Shown: piece after piece, positions 9,146-17,721 of the stretch
How the letters are laid out: each line of letters begins with the position of its first letter
Position numbering within the stretch: position 1 is the stretch's first letter
DNA from: Mailhella sp.
GTDB taxonomy: Bacteria; Desulfobacterota; Desulfovibrionia; Desulfovibrionales; Desulfovibrionaceae
Direction: 5' to 3'
DNA: 64,000 bases
Assembly: GCA_017940105.1 (NCBI GenBank)
Contig: JAGAZG010000168.1
Coordinates: 1,136-65,135 of the forward strand
Notes under the pieces: model-generated
Database searches by the model: none
Seen by the model: only the letters and a program-made list of their open reading frames with translations
What the model was told of the DNA's origin: nothing
Made by a program: the position numbers and the translations under genes

Positions 9146-9606
9146 TAAAAGATGTGACAGCGGTGGCTGCATTCACGGCAGTCGCCTTATATGCCATGCC
9201 CGCAGATAAGGCAAAGCCAGTTCAAAAGCCGGTCATGGTTGTAAAAATCCAGGAGCCTGTGGAGCCGATACCGCAAGCACAGCCCAGATGGTCTGAAGAA
9301 GATGTCAGGGCGATGGCTCTTACGCTTGCTGGTGAGTGTTACTCAGACAAGGTGCAGGACAAACGGCTTGTGTGTGAAGTCATCCTAAACCGAGTCAGCG
9401 ACAGCAGATTTAAGGACAGCGTGGTTGAGGTGCTGGAAACGCCGAATGCCTTCAATGGCTACTGGCAGCAGTCAAGACCCGTAACCGAAAATGACATAGC
9501 TGTTGCAGAGCAAACATTGGCAGACTGGCACGACAATGGATGCCAGCCGTTGTCAGATATTCGGTTCTTCTGCTCCGGCGGAAACCGAGAAAACCATTTT
9601 TATTGA
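9127..9606 (+). CDS. SleB/Hydrolase_2 cell-wall hydrolase, apparently a 5'-truncated half
   Basis: LAGEC...VCEVILNRV..SRF..SVVEV; no RBS; in frame with 25861-26094 across the inversion core. Confidence 0.7.
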   Translation: MRWLETLKDVTAVAAFTAVALYAMPADKAKPVQKPVMVVKIQEPVEPIPQAQPRWSEEDVRAMALTLAGECYSDKVQDKRLVCEVILNRVSDSRFKDSVVEVLETPNAFNGYWQQSRPVTENDIAVAEQTLADWHDNGCQPLSDIRFFCSGGNRENHFY

Positions 9607-9628
9607 TGTGATGAAAGGGGTCAAAATC

Positions 9629-10066
9629 ATGGAAATCGTAATCACCGTAGAAGCTGCGGCTCTTGCCGAGGCTATCAATAACTTGGCAATGGCATTGCAG
9701 GGGGCGAAAATTCCAGCACAGCAGCAGACAGCACCTGCGCAGACACCGGTAGCACCCGCACCGGCACCTGTTCAGGCTCCTCAGCCCGTGCCGACTCCCC
9801 CCGTGGCACAGCCGCAACAGGCCCCGGCTCCACAGCCTGCACCCGCACAGCAGGGATTGCCGGTAGCAGGAGTTCCGTTGGCAACAGCTCCGAAATACAC
9901 CGTGGAGCAGATTATGGCAGCCGGTGCAACATTGATGGATGCGGGCAAGGCGAATGACCTGATTAACCTGCTTCATTCCTTCGGCGTTCAAGCCGTAATG
10001 GAGCTGAAGCCCGAACAGCTTGGCGCGTTTGCCACGGCTATGCGGGATTTGGGGGCAAAGATATGA
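9629..10066 (+). CDS. Conserved phage protein with Pro/Ala/Gln-rich linker
   Basis: Usual first gene of the DUF2800-DUF2815-PolA module. Confidence 0.75.
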   Translation: MEIVITVEAAALAEAINNLAMALQGAKIPAQQQTAPAQTPVAPAPAPVQAPQPVPTPPVAQPQQAPAPQPAPAQQGLPVAGVPLATAPKYTVEQIMAAGATLMDAGKANDLINLLHSFGVQAVMELKPEQLGAFATAMRDLGAKI

Positions 10067-11247
10067 GCGATCATGCACTGCTCTCCCCGTCTGCTGCGCA
10101 TCGCTGGCTAAACTGCCCGCTGTCAGCCCGGCTTGAAGCAGAACTGCCAGAAAAGACCAGTTCCTTCGCAGAGGAAGGGACGCTGGCCCACAGCGTATGC
10201 GAGGTCATGGCAAAGAAGCATTTCGGAAAAATCAAGGCCGCAAGCTGTACGAGAACTCTCAAGAAGCTCAAAGCTGACCCGCTGTGGGACGATGAGATGC
10301 TTCGCTCGGCAGAGACTTATGTTGAGCATCTTGCTGAAAGAGCGATGGGCTTTGCAAGTGAACCTTATGTCGCATTTGAAACGAGCGTTGACATTTCCGC
10401 CTATGTCCCGGAAGCATTCGGGCGATGTGATTGCATCATGTTTGGCGGTGACACGCTTGTCATCACAGACTTCAAGAATGGCAAGGGCGTGAAAGTATGC
10501 GCGGCGGAAAATCCACAGCTTATGCTGTACGCTTTGGGGGCCATCAAGCTCTACCAGCCGATTTTTGGAGGCGGCATCCTGAACGTCGAGATTTACATTG
10601 ACCAGCCGAGGCTTGGAAGCTATGAAAGCTGGAAATGTACCGTGGAAGAACTTTTGGCCTGGGGCGAGGAAATCAAGCCCAAAGCACAGATGGCTTATGC
10701 AGGTTTCGGCGAGTATCATGCCGGAGAATGGTGCAGGTTCTGCCGAGCACATGGAAGGTGTAAAGCACAGGCCAGACAGCAAATATCAGCATTTGATGAT
10801 TTTGCTCCGGCGATAAAGAGCAATCTGACAGGACTGCTATCCCCAGAAGAAATGAGCGAAGCACTCCGAAAAGGTGAGACGCTGGTGGAATGGTTCAGTG
10901 CAGTAAAAGAAGCTGCTCTTATGAGGTTGCTTGAAGGCATCCCCATTCCCGGATTCAAGATTGTCGAGGGACGCAGTTCTCGCGCATGGTCTAACCAAGA
11001 CAAGGCTTTGGAAGCCTTGGAAGCTCAGGGCATTAAGCGGGCTGTGATTTACGACAGCGTTCCCAAGACGTTGGCACAGATTGAGAAAATGCTGGGCAAG
11101 CAGAAATTTGATGAGATGGTTGGTGAGTTCGTGACTAAGCCACAAGGCAAGCCAACGCTCGCCCCTGAAAGCGATAAGCGTCCAGTATTCAGTTCAGCCG
11201 CTACCGACTTTGCAGCAGTTGCAGAAAACGTAAAGAGCGAAACGTAA
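10063..11247 (+). CDS. DUF2800 Cas4-like PD-(D/E)XK exonuclease
   Basis: HALLSPSAAHRWLNCP, EGTLAH, FGRCD, DFKNG, NPQLMLYALG, WCRFC. Confidence 0.88.
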   Translation: MSDHALLSPSAAHRWLNCPLSARLEAELPEKTSSFAEEGTLAHSVCEVMAKKHFGKIKAASCTRTLKKLKADPLWDDEMLRSAETYVEHLAERAMGFASEPYVAFETSVDISAYVPEAFGRCDCIMFGGDTLVITDFKNGKGVKVCAAENPQLMLYALGAIKLYQPIFGGGILNVEIYIDQPRLGSYESWKCTVEELLAWGEEIKPKAQMAYAGFGEYHAGEWCRFCRAHGRCKAQARQQISAFDDFAPAIKSNLTGLLSPEEMSEALRKGETLVEWFSAVKEAALMRLLEGIPIPGFKIVEGRSSRAWSNQDKALEALEAQGIKRAVIYDSVPKTLAQIEKMLGKQKFDEMVGEFVTKPQGKPTLAPESDKRPVFSSAATDFAAVAENVKSET

Positions 11248-11317
11248 AATGTAAAGAGCAAAAAGCGAAAAGTGAAGACGAAAAAGTGAAATGTAAAGAG
11301 TTGAGGAGGAAAAGAGT

Positions 11318-11983
11318 ATGTATAACAACATCCCTACCAAAGTTTTGACCGGTGAAGTCCGCCTGTCTTATGTGAACCTCGTGGCGCCCCGCGCGAACAA
11401 CAATGACCCCAGCGCAACTCCGAAGTATTCCGTGACCCTGCTCATCCCGAAGACGGATGTAGCTGTTAAGCAGAACATTGATGCCAGCATCGAGGCCGCT
11501 GCCGCTGATGCTCAGAGCAAGATTTGGAATGGTGTGCGCCCCCCTGTCATGCCCGTTCCCATCCACGATGGTGACGGTGTTCGTGAGAATGGAACGCCGT
11601 ATGGCGATGAGTGCAAAGGGTGCTGGGTCATCACCGCAAGCACGAAGAATAAGCCGCAGGTCGTTCACCAGAGTGACATTAACACCGAGCTTCTGCCGCA
11701 GGATATTTACAGCGGGATGTATGCCCGCGTTACCATCAATTTCTTTGGCTATGCCCGCGCTGGCAAGCGTGGTATCGGATGTGGCCTGGGCAACGTGATG
11801 AAGACTCGTGACGGCGATCCGCTGGCAGGTGGAGCATCTGCTGCGGCTGACTTCGCTGGCATTGGTATGACCCCCGGAGCTGCTACGGTAGCGACGGGTT
11901 ATGCCCCCGGAACTCCTTCCACTGTTCCGTCAGGGGCGCAGCCAGGAGCCATCAACCCGCTTACGGGACAGCCGATGTATTGA
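11318..11983 (+). CDS. DUF2815 single-stranded DNA-binding protein
   Basis: VRLSYV...KYSVTLLIPK...IYSGMYAR...GLGNVMK. Confidence 0.88.
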   Translation: MYNNIPTKVLTGEVRLSYVNLVAPRANNNDPSATPKYSVTLLIPKTDVAVKQNIDASIEAAAADAQSKIWNGVRPPVMPVPIHDGDGVRENGTPYGDECKGCWVITASTKNKPQVVHQSDINTELLPQDIYSGMYARVTINFFGYARAGKRGIGCGLGNVMKTRDGDPLAGGASAAADFAGIGMTPGAATVATGYAPGTPSTVPSGAQPGAINPLTGQPMY

Positions 11984-11993
11984 TACGAAAATG

Positions 11994-12030
11994 AACCCCG
12001 CAGTTGACCAAAGCCTTGACTGCGGGGTTT
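11994..12030 (+). terminator. Putative intrinsic terminator
   Basis: AACCCCGCAGT...ACTGCGGGGTTT hairpin. Confidence 0.55.
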
Positions 12031-12049
12031 GTAATCAGGAGACGCAAGT

Positions 12050-12433
12050 ATGGAAAATAATTTTCATGTCAGATGGATGACTGGCAACATCAGCGTGAAT
12101 GCCGAACGGTACTTTTCCAGCATGGGAATGCCGTCCATCAAGAAATTGCTGAAATTGGCTTGCCAGCATTGTACCGAGGATGACCGAAAAAAGCTCATCG
12201 TCCTTCTTGAAGAAGCCGTGGAAAATCACGATTTGGCCATGAAGACAGCAGAGGATTTGCGCCAGCAGTCTGATGCCTTGTTTGCAGAACGCATCAGAGG
12301 CTACGTCAACAGGCCGAAATCCACGCCGGAAAAACAGTTGAAAAAGCAACACCAGAAACTGCTGAATGTCATCAAAATTGTTAAGGGACAGAAGTGGTTA
12401 GCGTTTGTTAAAGAACAGGAGTGGCTGCCGTGA
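12050..12433 (+). CDS. Hypothetical protein
   Basis: 127 aa, AGGAG RBS. Confidence 0.65.
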   Translation: MENNFHVRWMTGNISVNAERYFSSMGMPSIKKLLKLACQHCTEDDRKKLIVLLEEAVENHDLAMKTAEDLRQQSDALFAERIRGYVNRPKSTPEKQLKKQHQKLLNVIKIVKGQKWLAFVKEQEWLP

Positions 12434-14418
12434 AGCATCTTTCGATTGATATTGAAACTTTCAGCAGCGAACCGATACCGAAAACGGGTCTGTATAAGTA
12501 CGTCCAGAGCCGGGATTTCGAGGTGCTGCTGTTCGCATACAGCCTAGACAGCGGCCCTGTGGAAATCGTTGACCTTGCTCAAGGAGAAGAACTCCCGGCA
12601 TGGGTTGCCCAGGCGCTGTTCGACTCTGATTATGTTAAGCACGCTTACAATGCTGCTTTCGAGTGGTATTGCTTATCGAAGTTCTGCGGACGGCCTTTGC
12701 CGATTGAGCAATGGCGGGACACGATGCTTCACGGCCTGTATTGCGGGCTGACGGCAGGTTTGGATGCCACGGGCAAAGCCTTGAACCTCCCTGCTGACAA
12801 GCAGAAAATGTCCGTAGGCAAAGCCCTGATTCGTTATTTCTGTGTACCCTGCAATCCAACGAAAGCCAACGGCGGCAGGACGCGGAACTATCCGAAGCAC
12901 GACCCTGAAAAGTGGGCACTATTCAAGCAGTATTGCCAAGGCGATGTCACAACTGAAATGGAAATCGACCGGAGGCTGTCAGCCTTCCCTGTGCCGGAAG
13001 CCATTGAAAAGCAGTGGCAGACAGACCTCCGCATCAATGCCCGTGGTGTGGCCGTGGATATGGAGTTGGTGCAGGGAGCCTTGGAAATAGCAGGAAAGAC
13101 CCATGACAGGCTAATGCAGGAGGCCATCGGCATCACAGGACTGCAAAATCCCAACAGCATCGCCCAGCTTGCCAAGTGGCTTGAGGAAACGACGGGAGAA
13201 ACCCTGCCCGATCTCCGCAAGGACACCGTAGAACAGATGCTCAAGACGCAAGCCGTGACTGGCTCTGCCGAGCGTATGCTGGAAATCCGTCAGGAGCTGG
13301 GCAAGACCAGCACCAAGAAATACAACGCCATTGAGGCGGCAGTATGCGCCGATGGCAGAGTCCGTGGACTGTTGCAGTTCTACGGGGCGAACCGAACCGG
13401 CAGATGGGCGGGACGGCTCGTGCAGGTGCAGAACCTCGCCCGAACCTACATCGACCTGAAATACCTGCCGATGGCCCGCGAAGCGGTCAAGAAGCGTGAC
13501 GGCGAAAAGCTGAAAGTCCTGTTTGGCTCGCCGATGGACACGCTTTCCCAGCTTATCCGCACGTCGTTCATCGCCGGCGACGGCAACGTGCTGGTTGATG
13601 CGGACTTCTCCTCTATCGAGGCTAGGGTCATTGCATGGCTCGCCGGAGAGGAATGGGTACTGGAAGTGTTCAGGACGCATGGCAAGATTTATGAGGCCAC
13701 GGCAAGCCAGATGTTCGGGGTGCCGATTGAGAAAATCAAGAAGGGCAACCCGGAATACGCCCTGCGGCAGCGCGGGAAGGTGGCTACGCTGGCCCTCGGC
13801 TATCAAGGCGGTGTCGGCGCTCTTATCCAGATGGGAGCCTTGAACATGGGCATCCCGGAGGAAGACCTGCAAGACATCGTTTATCGCTGGCGTGAGGCCA
13901 ACAAGCGCATCGTGGACTTGTGGTACAGGGTCGAAAAAGCTGCGGTAGCCACCATTCAGACAGGGAAGCAGACGGGTGTGAACGGTCTGCTGTTCACGCG
14001 AGAGTTCGACATGGCAAACGGCCTGGACTACATGACCATCACCCTGCCGAGCCAGCGCAAGCTCTATTACGCCTTCCCTTCCCTGGGTACGAATCAGTGG
14101 GACAGACCATCCATCAACTATCGTGGCGTGAACCAGACTACGAAGCGGTGGGAGTCGCTTGAGACATACGGCGGGAAGCTCGTGGAGAACGTGGTGCAAG
14201 CTATCGCCCGCGACTGTCTGGCCCTCACGATTGAGAAGCTGGAAGCCGCCGGGTTCCCCATCGTGTTCCACGTCCATGATGAGGTAGTCATTGACTGCCC
14301 TGTCAGCATGGCGAACCTCGATGCCGTGGTCAGGATTATGACTGAGCCGATACCGTGGGCGCAGGGGCTGCCCCTGAACGCTGACGGATGGGTTGGGGAG
14401 TTCTTCCGAAAGGATTGA
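12421..14418 (+). CDS. Phage DNA polymerase, family A
   Basis: IDIET exonuclease motif, RTGRWAG, DFSSIEARV, KVATLALGY, HVHDE. Confidence 0.95.
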   Translation: MAAVKHLSIDIETFSSEPIPKTGLYKYVQSRDFEVLLFAYSLDSGPVEIVDLAQGEELPAWVAQALFDSDYVKHAYNAAFEWYCLSKFCGRPLPIEQWRDTMLHGLYCGLTAGLDATGKALNLPADKQKMSVGKALIRYFCVPCNPTKANGGRTRNYPKHDPEKWALFKQYCQGDVTTEMEIDRRLSAFPVPEAIEKQWQTDLRINARGVAVDMELVQGALEIAGKTHDRLMQEAIGITGLQNPNSIAQLAKWLEETTGETLPDLRKDTVEQMLKTQAVTGSAERMLEIRQELGKTSTKKYNAIEAAVCADGRVRGLLQFYGANRTGRWAGRLVQVQNLARTYIDLKYLPMAREAVKKRDGEKLKVLFGSPMDTLSQLIRTSFIAGDGNVLVDADFSSIEARVIAWLAGEEWVLEVFRTHGKIYEATASQMFGVPIEKIKKGNPEYALRQRGKVATLALGYQGGVGALIQMGALNMGIPEEDLQDIVYRWREANKRIVDLWYRVEKAAVATIQTGKQTGVNGLLFTREFDMANGLDYMTITLPSQRKLYYAFPSLGTNQWDRPSINYRGVNQTTKRWESLETYGGKLVENVVQAIARDCLALTIEKLEAAGFPIVFHVHDEVVIDCPVSMANLDAVVRIMTEPIPWAQGLPLNADGWVGEFFRKD

Positions 14419-14665
14419 TGGCCGTGACCGACTTCAATGAGAAGCTGATGGAATTTTGGCGGTGCTTGCAGGACATGGCCATCGAGCTGTATCAGAGATT
14501 TGTTCGTGCGTATCGAGAGATAAAGCGGATAATTGAGGCAATGCCGCTGTGGGAAGCAGACCTAAGAAACCAGATACTGCGAAAAGCCAAGTACCTGCGA
14601 CGCATGGCGCACAGCAAGCGGCATCGTCGCAAGCGAAAGAAACCATTGCACAGGAGGAAAAGGAA

Positions 14666-15304
14666 ATGAGGATTGTAACCCCAAGCATTGAAATTGTGAC
14701 CCCGCTTGACGGCAATGCCGTCGTAAAGCACATTGAGCGCTGCGGACGTGTTTGCTATAAGTCCGAGGACAGAATTATTGACGGTTCTGCTCAGAAGTTT
14801 ATCAAAGCCATTATCGACTGCGGGCATGAGTCGGTGCTGGAACATTTCAGCATCACCGTTAAGTTCATTGTTGACCGTGGTGTGTCGCATGAAATCGTGC
14901 GGCACAGACTGGCATCCTATTCCCAGGAAAGCACCCGCTATTGCAACTATTCCAAGGGCGAGTTCGGTTCGGAAATCACAGTGGTAAAGCCGCCGTTTTT
15001 CGACGTGGGCGATGCCGGGTATGTATGCTGGAAAGCTGCTTGCGAAGAAGCTGAGGAAGCCTATTTCGCCCTGCTCAACATCGGCTGCACACCGCAGGAG
15101 GCTCGGAGTGTACTGCCCAACAGCTTGAAGACTGAGTTGTATATGACTGCGAACCTTCGCGAATGGCGGTGGTTCTTCCGCAAACGTGCTGCGCCTGACG
15201 CTCATCCGCAGATGCGGGAGGTCGCTTATCCCTTGCTTGCGCAGATGAGCAATATGATACCAGGTGTGTTCGATGATTTGGGAGATTGCCATGACAAACC
15301 TTGA
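14666..15304 (+). CDS. thyX: FAD-dependent thymidylate synthase
   Basis: GHESVLEH, VSHEIVRHRLASYSQESTRY, ARSVLP, NLREWR. Confidence 0.95.
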   Translation: MRIVTPSIEIVTPLDGNAVVKHIERCGRVCYKSEDRIIDGSAQKFIKAIIDCGHESVLEHFSITVKFIVDRGVSHEIVRHRLASYSQESTRYCNYSKGEFGSEITVVKPPFFDVGDAGYVCWKAACEEAEEAYFALLNIGCTPQEARSVLPNSLKTELYMTANLREWRWFFRKRAAPDAHPQMREVAYPLLAQMSNMIPGVFDDLGDCHDKP

Positions 15305-15626
15305 CAAGTTCATAGAGGTCATGAACGCGACATTCGATGCTCACTTCAAGCCCGAAAATATGAAGCTCATGTGTACGCCCTGTGGCGTGTTGAAGCAGGG
15401 CAGACACGCCTGCAACCATTTCAACTGCCTTAGCTGCGAAAGCTGGTGGCGCAGGGAATACAAGCCCCCGAAGGGAGGTGGTCGCAATGGAACCGACAGA
15501 AGCTCAGATTAGTTATGCCAAGGACTTGATGGCGAAGCTAGGCTACACCGAGGATGACTTGGAAGTTGATTTTGAATATATGACCCGCGCAGAAGTGTCG
15601 GAATTGATTGATGAATTGAAGGAGGA

Positions 15627-15890
15627 ATGGGGCGAATGAGAGAGTTGCCGAAAGCCGGAGAAACGTGGCGGCATTTCAAGAACCACGATTATCGCGTCAT
15701 TGCCTGTCCTGTATTCCATACGGAGACTGACGAACGCATGATTTGTTATCAGGCTATGTACGGCGCTGAGGGCATCTATGTACGTCCCCTTGCGATGTTT
15801 ATGAGCGAGGTTGACCGCAAGAAGTATCCCAATGCGCCACAGAAATACCGTTTCGAGAAAGTGGAGGCTGATGAACCAAATGGGAATTGA
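15627..15890 (+). CDS. DUF1653-family protein
   Basis: WRHFKNHDY...HTET...YQAMYG...VRPLAMFMSEVD. Confidence 0.85.
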   Translation: MGRMRELPKAGETWRHFKNHDYRVIACPVFHTETDERMICYQAMYGAEGIYVRPLAMFMSEVDRKKYPNAPQKYRFEKVEADEPNGN

Positions 15891-16101
15891 AACTATGATG
15901 GCTTTACTGACAGTCATATCATTGCTGGCGGCGGGCACTACATGGGTATTCGCCTGGAAGATAAACCATCAGTGGTCTGACTTCATCGACAAGCAAAATG
16001 AAGATTGGGCAAAATTATGCACCCGGCTGAATGACGAATGGTTTAAGTTATACCAGACGATTTCAGAAAAGAATGCAACCGAAAATCGAGAAAGTGAGTG
16101 A

Positions 16102-16422
16102 TTGAGCATGGGGGTAATGAGAGAACGCCCATCAAGACCGAAGACAGATGAATCTGCTGTAAATAAGCTGTACCCTCAGGACACCGAGCCGAATGAGTAT
16201 CGCTATACCTCCCCTGCTTGGCTTGATGCCATTGCAGAAGGGCTGACCAAGGGAGCCGTGAAGCATCCCGGCGAGACATGGCGACAGATACCTGCTGACG
16301 AGCATCTTTCCCGTGCCATGCGGCACATCAACCTGTACCGCATGGGCGACCGCTCCGAGCCTCATCTGGTGAACGCCAGTATGAGGTTGATGATGGCGTT
16401 TGAGGTCAGCCAGCATGAGTAG
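16102..16422 (+). CDS. dATP/dGTP diphosphohydrolase-like (DUF5664) protein
   Basis: GAVKH...W......HLSRAMRH...EPHLVNA..RLMMA pattern. Confidence 0.65.
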   Translation: MSMGVMRERPSRPKTDESAVNKLYPQDTEPNEYRYTSPAWLDAIAEGLTKGAVKHPGETWRQIPADEHLSRAMRHINLYRMGDRSEPHLVNASMRLMMAFEVSQHE

Positions 16423-16608
16423 ACCAACGCCAAGGCAGCTTGCTTATATCGCCAAAATCGAGGAATACCTTGGAATCATGTTCCTGGGCAACACCAAGAT
16501 GGATGCAACCTCGTGGCTGCACGACTATGCTCCGATTTATGAGCGGGAAATGTGGCTGCGATCACTGAACCATGATGCAGAGCTGGAAGCCGCTGATGCC
16601 AGAAGGGA

Positions 16609-17082
16609 TTGGTGAGTATGAAGAAAGATGAATTGATGCCCTGCCCGTTATGTGGTAGTCAGCCTGTCCTTGATGAAGTGAAGCCCCATACGCATTCCGA
16701 ATGGTTGAAAAAGGAGCTTCCCGACCTGCCGGATTCCCACGGCGAATGTTTCGTGGAATGCTGGAACTGCTCATGCGCAGTTGCAGCTCCGACAAAGAAG
16801 CAAGCCGTGGCATTGTGGAACAACCGCAAAGGATTCGTGGGCGTGGATGACTTCACCGTGATGATATTCGCTCTGCGGTATGCAGTGAACCGGCTCTCCT
16901 ATGCGCCTGGGCTGGTTTGCGATTACCTTCGGGACAGGCTCCCGCTCCTGAACAGCAATCAGAAAGAAATGCTGGTTAAGGAACTGAAGGATAAGCTGAA
17001 GTACAGGGAATGCGCTGATGACATCGCAGAGCATTATGTGAAGAAGCTATTAGCGGAGGTGGAGAAACAGGATGGAAAATAA
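16609..17082 (+). CDS. Lar-like zinc-finger protein
   Basis: LMPCPLCG...VECWNC...AVALWNNR. Confidence 0.65.
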   Translation: MVSMKKDELMPCPLCGSQPVLDEVKPHTHSEWLKKELPDLPDSHGECFVECWNCSCAVAAPTKKQAVALWNNRKGFVGVDDFTVMIFALRYAVNRLSYAPGLVCDYLRDRLPLLNSNQKEMLVKELKDKLKYRECADDIAEHYVKKLLAEVEKQDGK

Positions 17083-17314
17083 TGTTATTGACCTGACAAA
17101 AAAAATGATGGAGGAAAGCAGCTTCGGAATTGTCTCTTGCAAGCACGACAGCGGAATAGCTGTGGCGGTCAAGGGCAACCCTCCGCAGATTGCTTTCGCG
17201 ATTGCCTTGCTCATAAAGAATCTGCACGAGGAAGGCAAAGTACCGCTGAAGGAATTCGGCAGCATGATAAACGATGCTATGGCCATGATGCTTGAGGAGG
17301 GAGTCAAGATATGA
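17072..17314 (+). CDS. Hypothetical protein
   Basis: 80 aa, coupled in operon. Confidence 0.6.
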   Translation: MENNVIDLTKKMMEESSFGIVSCKHDSGIAVAVKGNPPQIAFAIALLIKNLHEEGKVPLKEFGSMINDAMAMMLEEGVKI

Positions 17315-17721
17315 AGAAGGTATATATCTGCTCGCGGTATCGCGCTGATGCGAGGCATACGGTTCAGGAGAATATCGACCGTGCCTATTTCGCCTGTGGG
17401 TGGGCGCTCTCGCATGGCTATGCGCCATTTGCCCCACATCTTATCTACCCCCACTGCCTTGATGACAACGACCCTGATGAAAGGAAGCTGGGCATTGAGG
17501 CGGGGCTTGCGTTCCTGGCCGATTGCGATGAAGTCTGGCAATGGGGAGCCACGGTGTCAGAGGGCATGGCAAAAGAGCTTGCCATGGCAAAGACGTGGAA
17601 CATCCCCATCAAGGTATTCAATAGCATCGGCATTCCGAAAGACCGCTGGAATCGGGAGGAAGAAGAATGCAGCATGACCGCAAAATCATTTTATCCGTCG
17701 GCAGCAATCGCCGGAGCGTAA
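17311..17721 (+). CDS. DUF4406/nucleoside deoxyribosyltransferase-like protein
   Basis: KKVYICSRY...PFAPHL...CDEVW...SEGMAKE. Confidence 0.7.
   Translation: MKKVYICSRYRADARHTVQENIDRAYFACGWALSHGYAPFAPHLIYPHCLDDNDPDERKLGIEAGLAFLADCDEVWQWGATVSEGMAKELAMAKTWNIPIKVFNSIGIPKDRWNREEEECSMTAKSFYPSAAIAGA

Noticed and set aside
10063-11247. cas4 gene
   Set aside because: Cas4-like fold, but in the standard DUF2800-SSB-PolA phage module with no CRISPR context
13111-14277. 388-aa minus-strand ORF
   Set aside because: Shadow of DNA polymerase
16102-16422. Z-genome (2-aminoadenine) pathway
   Set aside because: No PurZ-like gene in the window
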